DNA of 61,563 nt, counting the filler, from Platydemus manokwari (taxonomy: Eukaryota), in NCBI GenBank assembly GCA_037951405.1. It is 6 parts of 6 records of this genome, joined end to end, with 100 filler letters (N's around TTAATTAATTAA, not from the genome) between each part and the next. Parts side by side here need not be neighbours in the genome. Positions count along the whole stretch, not along the records: positions 31,295 to 40,595 come from JBBMOY011269540.1; positions 40,696 to 51,820 come from JBBMOY010894421.1; 4 more parts are not named here. One strand, 5' to 3'. Made by a program: the position numbers and the translations under genes. Positions within the stretch are counted from its first letter, which is position 1; each line of letters starts with the position of its first letter. The notes under the pieces are model-generated. The model was not told the origin of the DNA. It worked only from the letters and a program-made list of their open reading frames with translations, and made no database searches. Positions 38,313 to 51,920 of this stretch are shown here, in pieces.

Positions 38313-39556
38313 GCAGAATTTTATCTCATTCAACACTAGCAATTTTCAATTACTTACAAATGTCTATTATTTTCCATACCTTGAATTTTATGATTTATGA
38401 TTTTTAAAAGTTCTTTAATCTTATAAATCTTTAAATTTTCTCTGACATAACAAGTTTTATTACGCAACTAGCTGCCATTTCAATTAATTAATTAATTTTA
38501 TTTTGTTCTTTTATATTTTATTTAATTAAATTGTCTCAATTCACATGAAAAATCCAATTTTGTTTAATCTATAATTTTAATAATCTAATATTTATAGATA
38601 ATAAAAAAATATTTTTATATAATTATTTATGTACATTCAAAAATTCACAAAATCACTAAGGTTATACAAATAATATCACATTGAAATTCAAATAATCACA
38701 ATAAGGGTCAGATAAAGTCAGAATTATTTAATAGAATCTCATTATTGATATTTAAATTCGAAATTCGAAGGTCGTAGTATTTGGAATCCAAAGTATTTCG
38801 CTGATCAAATTCACGTTGCAGCACTTCTTACTCTATATCTTTTTCTTCTGTTTCCAGACCTTTTTCAGACTGAGTTACTGAGGTTAGATTATATAGGTCT
38901 TCGTTAATCGTTTAAATTCCTTATTTGCTAAACCTTGTTTAGTTGGTATTGTCCGATGTTTCGTTGGTTTTGTGGGTGTCGTTTTCGTTTTGGCTGTTTT
39001 TTTTCATATAACATATGATCTAATGCAGACAGTGATTTTTCATCTGCGCTCTACTCACTATCTGAAGAGTGCACTAGTCAGTTTATGGTTTCCCTAACAG
39101 GATGATAAAAGTCAATCTTTGTGTCATGATAGGAATGATCTGACAAGTGCAAATGAGAACTATTTATGTGTGATGTAGCTTGGAAATCATTTGTAATTTT
39201 TATTATTTTATTTTGTGTCAATCTGTATGGTTGCTATCTCGTAATAAACATTTATAATAATAAGTTTTTGTTATTGATTAAATGAGGATCATTAATAGTC
39301 TAACATTGTTTACCATCATCGGTGTTAAGGAGTTTAGGAATTAATATAAGGTGCATAAATTGAGACTGGCAGTTAAGTCATACCACTACTAGCATAATAA
39401 TTGTATTTATACAAGTAAGTTAAGCGAAGTGACGAAAAAAGTAGCAAACAGATTCGATGCACCGGCAACTTTTATCAAAATTTCAATGAAACTGTTTGAG
39501 ACAATAGTGATATCAGATATAAAAAAATTGATATTAAAAAAAATAAAAATAATAAA

Positions 39557-39601
<45 letters not shown>
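39557..39601. repeat. (AAT)n microsatellite
   Basis: Perfect AAT run; source of the poly-Ile ORF 39429-39614. Confidence 0.95.
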
Positions 39602-40231
39602 TGTGAGAAGATGAAATTGAATTTGAATTTATATTGAATTTGAATTTATATTGAATTTTATTTGATATTAAATTTTATTTATTTTGTTTAAATAATTGTC
39701 TTTGAAAAGAATTGAATGTCGAGTGTTTTAGAGTTCGTTTTCGATGCGTTCTTTTAAATAGTAGCGGCTTACTATAATAATAATAATAACAATAATAATA
39801 ATGTCCCAAACGTAATAGTTATTTTAACCCGCTACTATCTAATTTTGCTATTATATGCCGGATCTTATTATTGACGCAACTGTATCTGACAGATTATCAA
39901 ATAAATATAAAAAATTAGTTGGTGTAACGATGAAAATTTATTGATTGTGGCATTAGGAGTTGACTGAAATGAAAGAGCAGAATAAGAATTTTCAATTTAA
40001 TTGTGAATACTGTCATTGAATTGTGAGGTTTTTGAGATGCTGACAGTATATTAACTGATCAAAGGAATATGATTACAAGATGATATTGTTGGGTCTGGAT
40101 TTTGAATAACTAAATATTTGTTGACTTCAAAAAAACGATGGTTGTAAACTTTATTTTTAACTCTAGTACAAATCAGCATGATTCACAAAGTATCATAAAA
40201 TTAAAATAAAACTTGACTTTAAACTACATAC

Positions 40232-40595
40232 ATACTAATCAGTACGACTCGATACAATGTCTCAATAACCAGAACCAAAACTTGACTTCCAACTGGCAGT
40301 TGACCATCTTTATATTGGTATTTGTAATCGAGATATGTGTCTAATATTTTGTTATGTTTATATCACCTTTTGACTTGATCTTTACTTTTCCATGTTTCTG
40401 TTAGTTTTCGTATGTGCGCGAATGGTCAATCTCTTTGTGTATGTCTTTGTGAGGCTATGCCCCGTTTTCCAATTATTGTTTTCTATATAACTTAGCTGTG
40501 ATTAGTTGATTGCCATGACTGTATGATTGTGTAGGCATGCAAATGTTTAAAGTGCTAAAACAAGGGTTCCAAGGTGCAATTTCGTTTTTCTTTTT
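40232..40595. repeat. Dispersed repeat copy 2, cut by the gap
   Basis: Diverged direct copy of 37927-38312. Confidence 0.7.
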
Positions 40596-40695
40596 NNNNN
40601 NNNNNNNNNNNNNNNNNNNNNNNNNNNNNNNNNNNNNNNTTAATTAATTAANNNNNNNNNNNNNNNNNNNNNNNNNNNNNNNNNNNNNNNNNNNN

Positions 40696-40764
<69 letters not shown>
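40596..40764. other. Assembly gap with linker followed by (AAT)n microsatellite
   Basis: N-run 40596-40695; AAT run 40696-40764. Confidence 0.97.
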
Positions 40765-40766
<2 letters not shown>

Positions 40767-43700
40767 ATTTCATACAAACAATATATTTGGCTAACTTTAA
40801 ACACTAACATAGTTGTTCCTCTTAATGATTATTCTGATTTGTTAATTTTTTGCTAAAGAACCTAAAAAGATCACTATATTAATGGCTACATTATATGAAG
40901 GGCACAACAAGTAAATTTTTTTATAAAAATAAATTGATAAAAGATTATTAGCATTTACAAATTAATAAAATAATAAATAAATAAAATTAAAATTTGCTAA
41001 TAATTACTACTGATAAATAATGGACGTACTTCTTTACTCTACACACAAAAGCAACAAGGGAGTACACAAAATTAGTAACCGATTCTATTTAATAATAAAA
41101 TCAATGTACAATTTATATATTTACGAATTATCACCATAGTAACTAGTTCAGTTTTAATATTTAAGCAAAAACACTTATTGAGAAATAATTCCTCGAGAGG
41201 GCTTGATACGAATCCATAGAATGCTTTCCTAAAAGTATAGTATTCGATGTTTCATTGTTTCATTCAGATAATTTTCGAGTGATCTTCTTCAAGAGTATTC
41301 TGTACTTTTCTGATTATTTTATATTTATTTTATTAAAAAATTAGGATGATCAAATTCATAAGTGTTTTAGTTTTAAAATTTATCTTCTTTGATGATCCGA
41401 TAGAGACAAATCATAAAGAACAATTAAAAGAGATATGATTGAATCCTATTAGCCTGTCCTAAGTATTTAGTGTAGCGATTTAAAGATAATTCAACTAATA
41501 ATAACTTGTTGAACGATCTGTAAGTCTTATAAATATGATTCAAATCAAAACAATGGAGATTCACCAATGATCTGATTCCAATCAGATTAGTAGGTTGCGT
41601 GTATAATTCGGATAGTGTAATATTAATATAATAATAATATAATGAAACAATGATATGAAAAATTTTATTATAATATAAAATTATCGAATGTGTAATGCTA
41701 AAATATTAACAGAGATTTAGTGTTGTGTCTTGAAGATGATATCAACCCACGTAGAAAACTTCGGACAATAAACTAAAGAAATGACCTTAGATTAGAAACC
41801 CTTTTGGCATAGAAATAAGTTTTAAATCCCTGTACATCTCATCAAGCTTTACCAGGGGAGGAGTGAAATTAAAGCAATAAAATTTTCCATTGGCATAGAT
41901 TTGTAAAATTAACTGATTAAATTCATTGAAAAAATAAAAGTATTAGAGAAGGATGCACTCCCGAGCTTAATGGTGAGGAATCCCTAAGCTGAGTGATGAG
42001 AATTGATTAAAATATTCCACTGGATTGAGGCTGATCCGAGAAAACTGTTGTCGATTATGTCGATTAGATAATGCAGGATTAATATACCGAAATGAATACG
42101 CTATAATTCCCAAAATCTAACGTGCAATTAATATGCTGAAGAATGAGCATACTGAGATTTTCTTCAAGAAATTATTATGCAATTAATATGCTGAAGATGA
42201 GCGTCGAAATAGTGTACTAACTTTTTTTTCACAGAAGTAAATGTGGAAATTCCCAATTTTGAGCTGGGTTTATATACCCAGATTTTTTTGTGGGAGTGAT
42301 GATTATTTTTCCGTGAATTATTTAAAATTAAATTTGGGGTTGGCTTATTCATCTTATTATTTATATTGTTAGTCTGAGTGGGATGTGGGATGAACGAACC
42401 CAGCACGTATTGAGAGGTTAGACAATTACCAAGAATTGTATTAGAATAAATTCGAAGAAAATTCTAAAAGTCGTGGAACTAAAAGCCAGAGCACTAAAAT
42501 ATAATAGGCTGTACAAAAGTTACACCAAAATTTAATAACATTAATTCGTATCATTTTATCGTCTTACATGAAACGAATGAAAATATTTCATGAATATTCT
42601 GTAAATAGCGAAAAATTTGGATATTTTTTGGGAAAGCTAGAAATTGTGATCTTACATAGTTCATACTGATTAGTTACATTAAAGGTTCTTTCGGAATACA
42701 TTGTTGATCTCAGACAAAATCTTTATTCAGAAATATTCGATTCACCATTTTATAAAAACAATCCATATAACGGCAAATTTATTTATTTAATTTTCCATAT
42801 AATGTCTGTAATAAGTTTTTAAAAGAATATTTTATTGTTTTGAACACATAACCATTTTATCCACAAGTTATTTTGAATGAATTTGGTTAAATTTGAGCTC
42901 ACTTGCAGTTCCCTATCTTTATTTTGTTTTGAGAGATTTGTCTTGACATCTTAGTGGCACGACCTTTTTTATTTCCTTTAGAGATCTTTGCTTATAACAA
43001 TAAATATTAGTCCATTGAAATTCATTTTAATTAATTTTCATACTTTGTTAACCTCTGTTATTGTTTTTTATTTATTTATATACCAAAGTTGGAATTTAAA
43101 TCTTACAGAATATCATTAATATATTAAAGGAATCAAAACCTTAATACTGGTACAGTGTTACTTTCGGGTCTTATTGCTTTTACTGTTTTTTAATTTTATT
43201 TATATTTGATATCAATATTGTCTTAATCAATTTCAATGAGTTCTTGATAAAGTCTGAAGGAGCCATAAACCTTATTTTTTTAATCCTCACCTCGCACAAC
43301 CTTATTGTGTGAAGACAATAAATGCTGCAGACTCAAATCTCAGAATCAATTAATTTAATCTATTTAAATTACTAACTATGCTGACATCAATGATAATGAG
43401 CAATGGTTTAGGAACAACAAAAGCATGTTACTACATATGTTTATTAGTAATTGACACCGATACAAATTGGTTAACAATAATAAAATAATAATTACAATTG
43501 GATTTTGATACTATACTATTTATCTACCTATAACGAACCTTAACAACTTTTCAGACTAAAGCAAACCTTTACACTTGGGGCAAAACCATTTACGATTTAT
43601 ATTTGATACAGAGCTCGATATCTTACTATAGGGTCGTGCGATAAAATATTGGGCACATAGGAAATCCTGACCGCACGGTTCTTAAATGCAGAATAATATA

Positions 43701-45677
43701 TCCTATCCCTGTAAAACAATCGATGTAACGTGTAACTGCGTCTTCAGTAGTGTGTTTTTGTGGCAGTGTTAATGGTGACTGTTGCCTTGTAATAGATGAA
43801 AATTTATTTGTCGATGTTATTGCGCGATAATGCATTACATGTTGTGGTTAAATAAATTTATTTATTATTAAGGAGAATTTCACTGTATCTACTCTAAGTG
43901 GGTTTTACTAATAATATTATTTTACATTTTTAGAGATAATAATTATCATATATACTGATATATTATACTATTTTAAGTAGATTTCACTCAGATGTACTAG
44001 AAGTTGTTCGATCATTGGATGATTAAAACCTATGATTATTTCACTCAATATCAATATCAATTATCACTTGTTATCATTAAAAATTATTATTTATTATTAC
44101 TAATATTATTATTGTTTTTCTATTTTTTGATATACGTGAGCGAAAACCCAGTAGATAATCTCAATTTCTTTAACGAACATCGTCTAGATAAGAACGGTTT
44201 GCATGTATTTGATTTCAATATTCAGTAGAAAAAAGGAAAATTTCCTTTCATCATTTCGTTGTAAAAAAATTTCAAAGATCACAGAACGCGATGTAAGCAA
44301 TTAATGACGAAAGCAATGAAAAGAGAGCGAAGATTCATTACAACAGTATCGTATGATCCGTTAAACTTGGCGATTCTTTCCAAATAGATATAAATATTTC
44401 ATATCATCTCGTGTATTGAAAATATATTTATGAAAACACAATGCGAGCAACGGATAAAAATGTCCCATTTTCATCACACTAACGACATACATCATTCCTT
44501 TTCATTTAATAAGACTAGCCACACAATACTTACATAAGAGTTACGTAATCATTTTTTCTTCAACTCATCATTCTAATTGCAGCTGATTCTGTGAGAGAAC
44601 TTCAAACCTAATTCAAACCTACAAAGTATCCGTATTGAATATCTCAAATTTAAAGTATCAGTGGCAAGGTTCTTTTATTATGTTTAAGTTTGTTCTTTTC
44701 TAAATTCTTTCAGTTGAAATATCATAGAAGAATTCATCATTTAATCAGAAATTCCAAGAAACATATAAAGAAGAGAATTTCACAAAACATCAAAGGTTTA
44801 AAAAAGATAAATCAATATTTTAAAACAAAAAAAAATAATTCTTTGAACTGTAAATAAAATATGGTTGTAATAAATAAATAAATAAATAAATAACAGCAAA
44901 ATATTTGCATCAACATTATTAACGATGCAATGGACTGTTATATGTAATCGAAATTGAAAATAATATTCCAAAAATCAACTCATCCGAGATTGATGTAATA
45001 TGTATTAAAATAAATTCATTCTCCATCAACGTGGAGAATAAACATAAATCCAATCTATATAACTTCATCAAAAGGAAAAATGAAAACAATTACATATCCT
45101 TAAGTTCGCAATAACCGAAATTCAAAACCCATCTGCAAAATACACCATTAACAAAATAGCAATTTTCGGCATTGGATCAATCTGTGATTCTTACCAGCTC
45201 GTCATGACAGCTTCATTATGAATTGAAGGAGAGAAGCAGAGAGATAGAGAGAAGAAAAAGGCAAATATTAATCCGATATTTGGCGGTAAAATTTTATGAA
45301 ACAGTTAATGTTGTTGTCATTGACGCTAAGTGGGCCAATTGAATGGCTTTTCCAGAAGAAAACAGGATTTTAATACCGATTTTTTTTTGAATTATTATTT
45401 TAGAAATAATGATGATGATATTTGGATTTCTACTAGTTCTGGCGCAACAAATAATTGTTGGGGATTTTCATTTCCGAAAACACTTGAAACTCATTTCAAA
45501 AATATTATTATGAATACTTTTATTTTGATAATGGTGAAAATAAATATTAAAATCAATTAAAACACAGAGTTTAGCAAATAATAACAGAAAACGAGAGAGA
45601 AAATTAGCTCATAACATATTTTGATAGAAGTCATTGAAATAAATACTTTGGATAAATAAATAATTTCTTTTGACTTT

Positions 45678-45830
45678 AGTTAAGAAAAGGGGTACTTTTA
45701 CCTACTTTCGTAATTATGAATTTTTGTGTTAGATAATTTTATAACTTAATTTTATATATAACTGCCGTGTTTGATTTATTCGTATAATTCAGTTAATATT
45801 TCATTTTTTAAGATGTCTAATAGTGGCAAT
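45678..45830. repeat. Fragment of the MITE-like repeat also at 32750
   Basis: Direct similarity to 32750-32905. Confidence 0.7.
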
Positions 45831-46062
45831 TTTTATTCAATCTAAAACGTTTTATATTCTCTACTTATGGTTCTCTCGAATAGGTATCTTTTATGCAAAA
45901 CATACTAATTAACATTAATCTTGATAATTATGATAATATATAATTAGTCCAATAAACTTTATTCACTTATTTAAGTACTTGATATAAAAATAGTCCAATG
46001 AAATTCAAGGAAAGAATTTATAAATATTTATTGAAATATATTCAGCAACCTTATCTTCAAAT

Positions 46063-47055
46063 ATGTGCATTTCTTTATTAGATTTTCCAAATCGACAAAG
46101 ATTTATTCTGCAGATTATTTATAATATAATAGCAGCTTCATCTTTGTTGTATAACTGCTCATGCATCGTTGTGATTTTGAAGAGAAAAATTCGACTGCAA
46201 TCACAAATTGCAACACATATTTTGAGGAATCAATTCTTCATTGATTTCTTCGTGATTTTATTTTTGATATTTTTATTGAATTTAAAATATGCCGGCACGG
46301 AAAGTCTGTTCATCAATAAATTACAATGTCATTTTTGGTATAGTCAGTTTCCATTTTGGACCATGGTTTCGATTTCGATTAACAATTTAACAAATAATTT
46401 TGTCGATCGAATGATAGCTGTGAAATGGGCAACATCATATCGATCATCAATGAACTTGCGATTGAAAGTGTATTATGGAATCTTATTCATCATTCCTATA
46501 TGTATCAATTGTCCAACACTATTCACAACGAAATTTATCGATGATGTGTGTGTCGATGGCACGAAAAACGGCTCGGAAGCTTATTTGAAGATTCTTCCGG
46601 TCTACGGAGTGTTCTTATTGATTTTTACATTTGTTATGCCACAAATAATAGTATTAATTACATTCATCGCTATTTATCCAGTTCTATCACGAAGCATTAA
46701 AGGTCATGATACAACATTAATGCGAAAATCGGAAATCCGTTTCACTATCGTCTCTTTGATGATATTTGTTATGCTAGTTTTGACCTATGGATCACAGAGT
46801 ATTTTATATTTACTCAAGACCTTTCAAGTTGTTTGCTATCAAAGAAATGATTCATTCCAGCAATCGATGATGTTTTTAGAATCGATATGTAGCATGACCA
46901 ATCCACTGGTTTTCAATTTAATGTTGAAAACTCTCCATGTTAATTGGCTAGACTTTTGGGGAATATCTTTATGCAGAAGAAAATTTGCAAATTCAGTTGG
47001 TCCTCTGAGTAGCTTGCCGTCTCCATCAATAAAAAATGAAGAACATCATAGTTGA
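46063..47055 (+). CDS. Rhodopsin-like (class A) orphan GPCR, 330 aa, single coding ORF
   Basis: Seven hydrophobic segments; TM1 Asn (LYN), TM2 LRNQFFID, Cys at the top of TM3 (LQCHFW) and in ECL2 (DVCVD), DRM in place of DRY, TM5 Pro (VMPQ), NPLVF in place of NPxxY. Confidence 0.9.
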   Translation: MCISLLDFPNRQRFILQIIYNIIAASSLLYNCSCIVVILKRKIRLQSQIATHILRNQFFIDFFVILFLIFLLNLKYAGTESLFINKLQCHFWYSQFPFWTMVSISINNLTNNFVDRMIAVKWATSYRSSMNLRLKVYYGILFIIPICINCPTLFTTKFIDDVCVDGTKNGSEAYLKILPVYGVFLLIFTFVMPQIIVLITFIAIYPVLSRSIKGHDTTLMRKSEIRFTIVSLMIFVMLVLTYGSQSILYLLKTFQVVCYQRNDSFQQSMMFLESICSMTNPLVFNLMLKTLHVNWLDFWGISLCRRKFANSVGPLSSLPSPSIKNEEHHS

Positions 47056-50047
47056 ACATATCACAAAACACACAGTATTGTTTATTTTAGAATAGCTATG
47101 GAACAATAATTGTGTACTATGAGTACATATGGTTTATTTGTTTCTATTTTATTACCACAGACAGCGTTAGCTTAATAGATTTATCAATCAACGATCTACT
47201 CATTAATGTCACATCGTTGAATTTGATGAAAATAATTTGTTACTTTTGAAAAAGTTTTTGTAGCCATTTAATGAAATCTAATAAATTTATCGCGAGTTAT
47301 AAATAAATTTTAGAATTCACATTTAAAATATTGATTCTTATTGGAAACTTATTTTTTAAAATCAATATTCTGCATCTATTTTACTTCACAACGGCAGAAT
47401 AATTTCTCAAAAAAGCAATTCAATTCAGATTGTCTTTAACTCAACGAGTAAAATCATTAATATAAAAATTTCCCATCTAACGGGACAATCAATTTTTAAA
47501 ATCGAAAGAATATTTTATTTTTTTATTATTTTCTATAATTATATTTACATTTTAATATTATTTCCCAATTGTAAGATAATTGAATTCCCAATTATAAAGC
47601 GAATGTCTTTAAATTTATTGATTCTCTCTCTTTGTTTGTACAGCTGTCTGCAAAGTTGGAACTTTTTCTGAAAATTGAGAAATGAAAATTGGAAAAAAAT
47701 AAATAAGAAAGCTAAAATTAAAATATTTATTAATATTTTTTAGTCATTCAGTTTTCATCAGATTTTCCCAATATTTTATTATCGATTTTAAAATTTAGAA
47801 TGAGAGATAATAATGGTGCTTAATTCTATGCGTAAAAATGTAGATAAAACAAAATATAAAATACCTTTAAAGAAACATTTTTATTGAATATTTTATTAAA
47901 TATGAATCCTTTATTTAATGATTTAGGTTTAAAAATAAATATTTTATAAATAAATTTTTATATAATTTTTTTATATATTTTATATAATTTATATTCTTTA
48001 TTTTTCAATAAATTTTCGAAAGAAATCAAAGAAAATTGTGAGATTTTTTAATGTTCATTTTGGAAAAGTCAAATAATAACTTAATTAAAAAATAATTATG
48101 TTAAGTATGATCAGATTGACACCACGAGAGTAGTTTTATCAACAGAATATTACCTTTTAATGAAAAACGTTAATTGGTGATGGGGAAGATTTTAAAATAA
48201 ATTATATTTGAAAGATTTTAAGAAAATCATTGATTTCTTTAAATAAAGGTGATTTAAATCTTATTCGGTGTCGTGACATTTCAGCTCTTTTTCAATGTGT
48301 GCATTATTAAATAGCAGTGGCTTACAATGATAATATAAATGAAAAATATCGGTGTATTCAAACAAAAAATTCATTGTTATAATTTTTTATTTTATAATAT
48401 TATAGAGAATGCTAGGTGTTTACCGTTTGTGCACATTGATTGTTTAAATAATTTTTCACATAAGAAATAAACATCTAGCTATAAGGTTGGTTAATATGTG
48501 GATTTTATTTCTCACTCACCTTTAAAATTCATCAAATTTTTTATTTTAAATTTAAAAAATAATTTTTCAGCAAAAATGTACACGTCACTCTTTGAAGTAA
48601 AAAGATAAATTAGAATTTCTGACGTCACAAATAAAATAGTAAAAATAAAATTACTTCTTTGTCTGTTTTTTCAGTTCATTTTGACCTTACTGTTTACAGA
48701 AGACCTTTATTGATTATTGGGTTAAAGATCGGAAATTTGTATTCGCCAATTAATTAGGTTCCTAGCTTGCTAGATCCGATAACATGGAACAAAAGATGAA
48801 ATTTAAGGTTATAATCTTGGCAAATAAAGACAAATGAAATTCTAATAAAGAAAATTCAACTGTATAGTTCGAGGAACTCTTGAATTGTAAAGAAAATCAA
48901 TGACACTTGCTATTAAACAAACAAGAGTCTTTTTGTTTGATACAAGATATGGATCAATTATTTGTTTTTCGTTTCTTAATAGCTAGAGAATCAAACAAAT
49001 TAAATATAAATAAATAAATATCGAGAATTGTTTTGATTATAAGTAATTAGTGATGTCATCAAATACACATGGAATATATGTTAGCTAATTGTTTTTAAAA
49101 TTTTTAGAAAATGGGTGTAATATCAATAAATAATTTAAATGATATTTTTAATTTTATGTTATGCTATAAAATGTTGATGACAAGTTTTATCGATCAAATA
49201 CTATTTTTAGATAGACAAATAATTATTAAATAAACCAAATAATTATAATTTCTGATGTAAACAAAAAACAAGGATTTTATTTTCCTCATTAATTTTATCA
49301 GGGATTCCAGTTTAGCTAGGACGATTAGAATTTATACAGGTTTCAATTATCTTGTGAATGCCTGCAAAAGTCCTGCTTATGTTTCACGCTTTGGTGATGC
49401 CCAGATCTAATTAATTCATACCAACCAGCGGTGGTTAATTTAACGATAAACCACATCTGAATAAATAGGTCAAGATTTATGAAACTTCACTCTTGTAATT
49501 TCTCGAAGATCGCACCTTTAATGGTTTCGAATTAATAATTTTTTCTTGTTTTCGGTTTAAATTAGTTAACCTGCAATTTTTTGTGATCAATTCCATGACA
49601 AGAAAATTAATTTTCTTGATATGAGGCATTTAAAAAAATTTATACTAATTTATACTAATTTTAGTCTTTGTTTCTCCTCTTTTATAATTTAGTATTTTTA
49701 AATATTATTTTCACAACTTTCAATTAATACTTCCTATTTTAAGACATTATAATTTATTTTATCGATTTTTTAATTTTATGTAATCTTTTATTTTGATTTT
49801 CGAGTTTGATTTAATCTATTTTTAGATTTTATTTTAGCTATTTTTAGATTTTATTGAATTTATTTTTAGATTATAATTAATATTTTTATAAACCATTAAA
49901 ATATTCTTTATTTGTTACTTGTCTTGTTACCTAACACTTGCTCTGTATAACACTTTTTGTTCTATTATCCTATCTCATATTTATCCATAAAATAGTCATA
50001 TTTCAGGCTACAACCAAAAGGTATATTGACATAAGACAAGATTATTC

Positions 50048-51343
50048 CATCTTAAATTGTCAAATGTTTTATTTTTTATTTACAATAAAGATATTTGCTG
50101 GCTAATGGACTGTCTCAGTACAGGATTCTTGTAGCTTTAAGGAATTATTCTGTTATAACTGCTTTGGTAAACAAATGGCAATCGACAAGTAAAACAGTTT
50201 CTTCGAATTTGTCTACATTAATGATTTTGTAAATAAAAGTCGCAAAACCAGTTTTTCTCTTCGCTCATAGAATCACTGGCTCTTAGATCATTTCCTTGAG
50301 TGATTAAGTCTGAATGTAAATATGGATGTCATTGTCTTGATTATCTTCATATTGGTTCTTGGTGATAGAGTTAAAATCATGTCCTGAAATTTTTTCCGGT
50401 TACTGTTTTGGAAAGTACTCCTCGACAAGATCTGGATCTAGTGAAGATATGAGGTGACTTGTATAGAGAATCGCTGTAATACGCTATCTCCTAGCATCAA
50501 CTGTAATAGTTCCTAAGATATTTTCTGTGAAATATATTTGAAATGGTTGACATATTGAGACATGTTGAAGAGTTTCTGTTTTGCACTTTGTTAGTACTTT
50601 TTCACTAACTTCTCTAATTAAATTTACATTTATGTCATTCCTATAAATTTATTTTTATTTATATTTACCAAAGATCCTACAGTTTGTCAATTAGAGAATG
50701 TATTGTTTGTATTTACTTCACCTGTTTGTTGATTTCACGTGGTTTCTTAAAATGACAATTTTGACAATCTTTAATTACTTATTTCATATCAAATAGATTT
50801 TTGACATTAATTTTATAAATTCCTTAGCACTTCTCTGTTGAGAAATCTTATACACCATAAACAAGACGTAGTTTTCTGAAGTGGTTTTGTACAGTGTCTT
50901 TGAATTTTCGAGTGTCTGGATAAGCTTTTAATTTTTCATATACTTTCATCATTTCCTATATTATTTTTTTCAGGAAAATTACTGACACATTAGTATCAGT
51001 CTCTCCTCTTTCTTTAAATTTATTTAAGTGCGAGTATTTATCCAGATTGTCTCAGTTATACCAGCACTAGGAATAGTTCAAAAAAACTTATGCTTTGTTT
51101 GAGAAGAAAATGTATTTGATTCCATGTCTAATTATTTTTACCGCGTGCCTCTCAAACTGAATTCCATATGATGTCTCATCCTGAATTGTGAAATGTTTTA
51201 GTTTATATTTACAATAAGAATATTCTTTGGCTAATGGACTGTCTTTATACAGGATTTTTGTAGCTTTAAGAAATAATTCTGTGATAACAGCTTTGGTATA
51301 CAAATGGCGATCTACTTGTAAAACTGTTTCTTCGAATTTGTCT
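50048..51343 (-). pseudogene. Highly decayed LTR-retrotransposon pol remnants with a 167-bp direct duplication
   Basis: 50048-50214 and 51177-51343 are diverged direct copies. They translate HLYTKAV...ILYKDSPLAKEYS...HFTIQDETSYGI (RNase H-like). Between them YEKLKAYPDTRKF...VIKDCQNCHFKK resembles a decayed integrase HHCC finger. Confidence 0.5.
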
Positions 51344-51820
51344 TCTATGTAGTTTCTTAAAATGATACCTTTGAAAATTCTTTAAAAACCTATTTTATAT
51401 CGAAGAGAAAACATGTAAATAATTAATTAAATATCATTAGTCTTATAGAGTTTAAATATTTTGGACATGCAAAGCATTTCTAAGATTTGAAATTGAAATG
51501 AAAATATAAAACAATACGATTTTGTTATAAAAATTAGATTTCCCTAAAATTACTTTATAAAATAATTTATCTCCAATTTTAATGAAATTATTATGTGCCA
51601 AAATTTGATTTATTAGATGAGCCAATTGAAGAAAGAATTTGTAAAAGAAAAAAGTTTCGTTTATTTTGAAAACTAAAAAACTCAATTAAAATCAAGAATA
51701 ATTTTATAAAATTTAATTTATTGAAATAAAATTAATTAATTTATTATCTGCAGTAATATAAGATTAATAATTAGATGCACTTATTATGATGTTTTGCATT
51801 AAATAATTAATGATGTATAT

Positions 51821-51920
51821 NNNNNNNNNNNNNNNNNNNNNNNNNNNNNNNNNNNNNNNNNNNNTTAATTAATTAANNNNNNNNNNNNNNNNNNNNNNNN
51901 NNNNNNNNNNNNNNNNNNNN
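51821..51920. other. Assembly gap with linker
   Basis: N-run with TTAATTAATTAA. Confidence 0.98.

Noticed and set aside
37921-38400. 159-aa hydrophobic ORF
   Set aside because: Lies within a dispersed repeat with a diverged copy at 40232-40595; likely an antisense shadow of a retroelement fragment.
39429-39614. ORF with poly-Ile tract
   Set aside because: Translation of an (AAT)n microsatellite.
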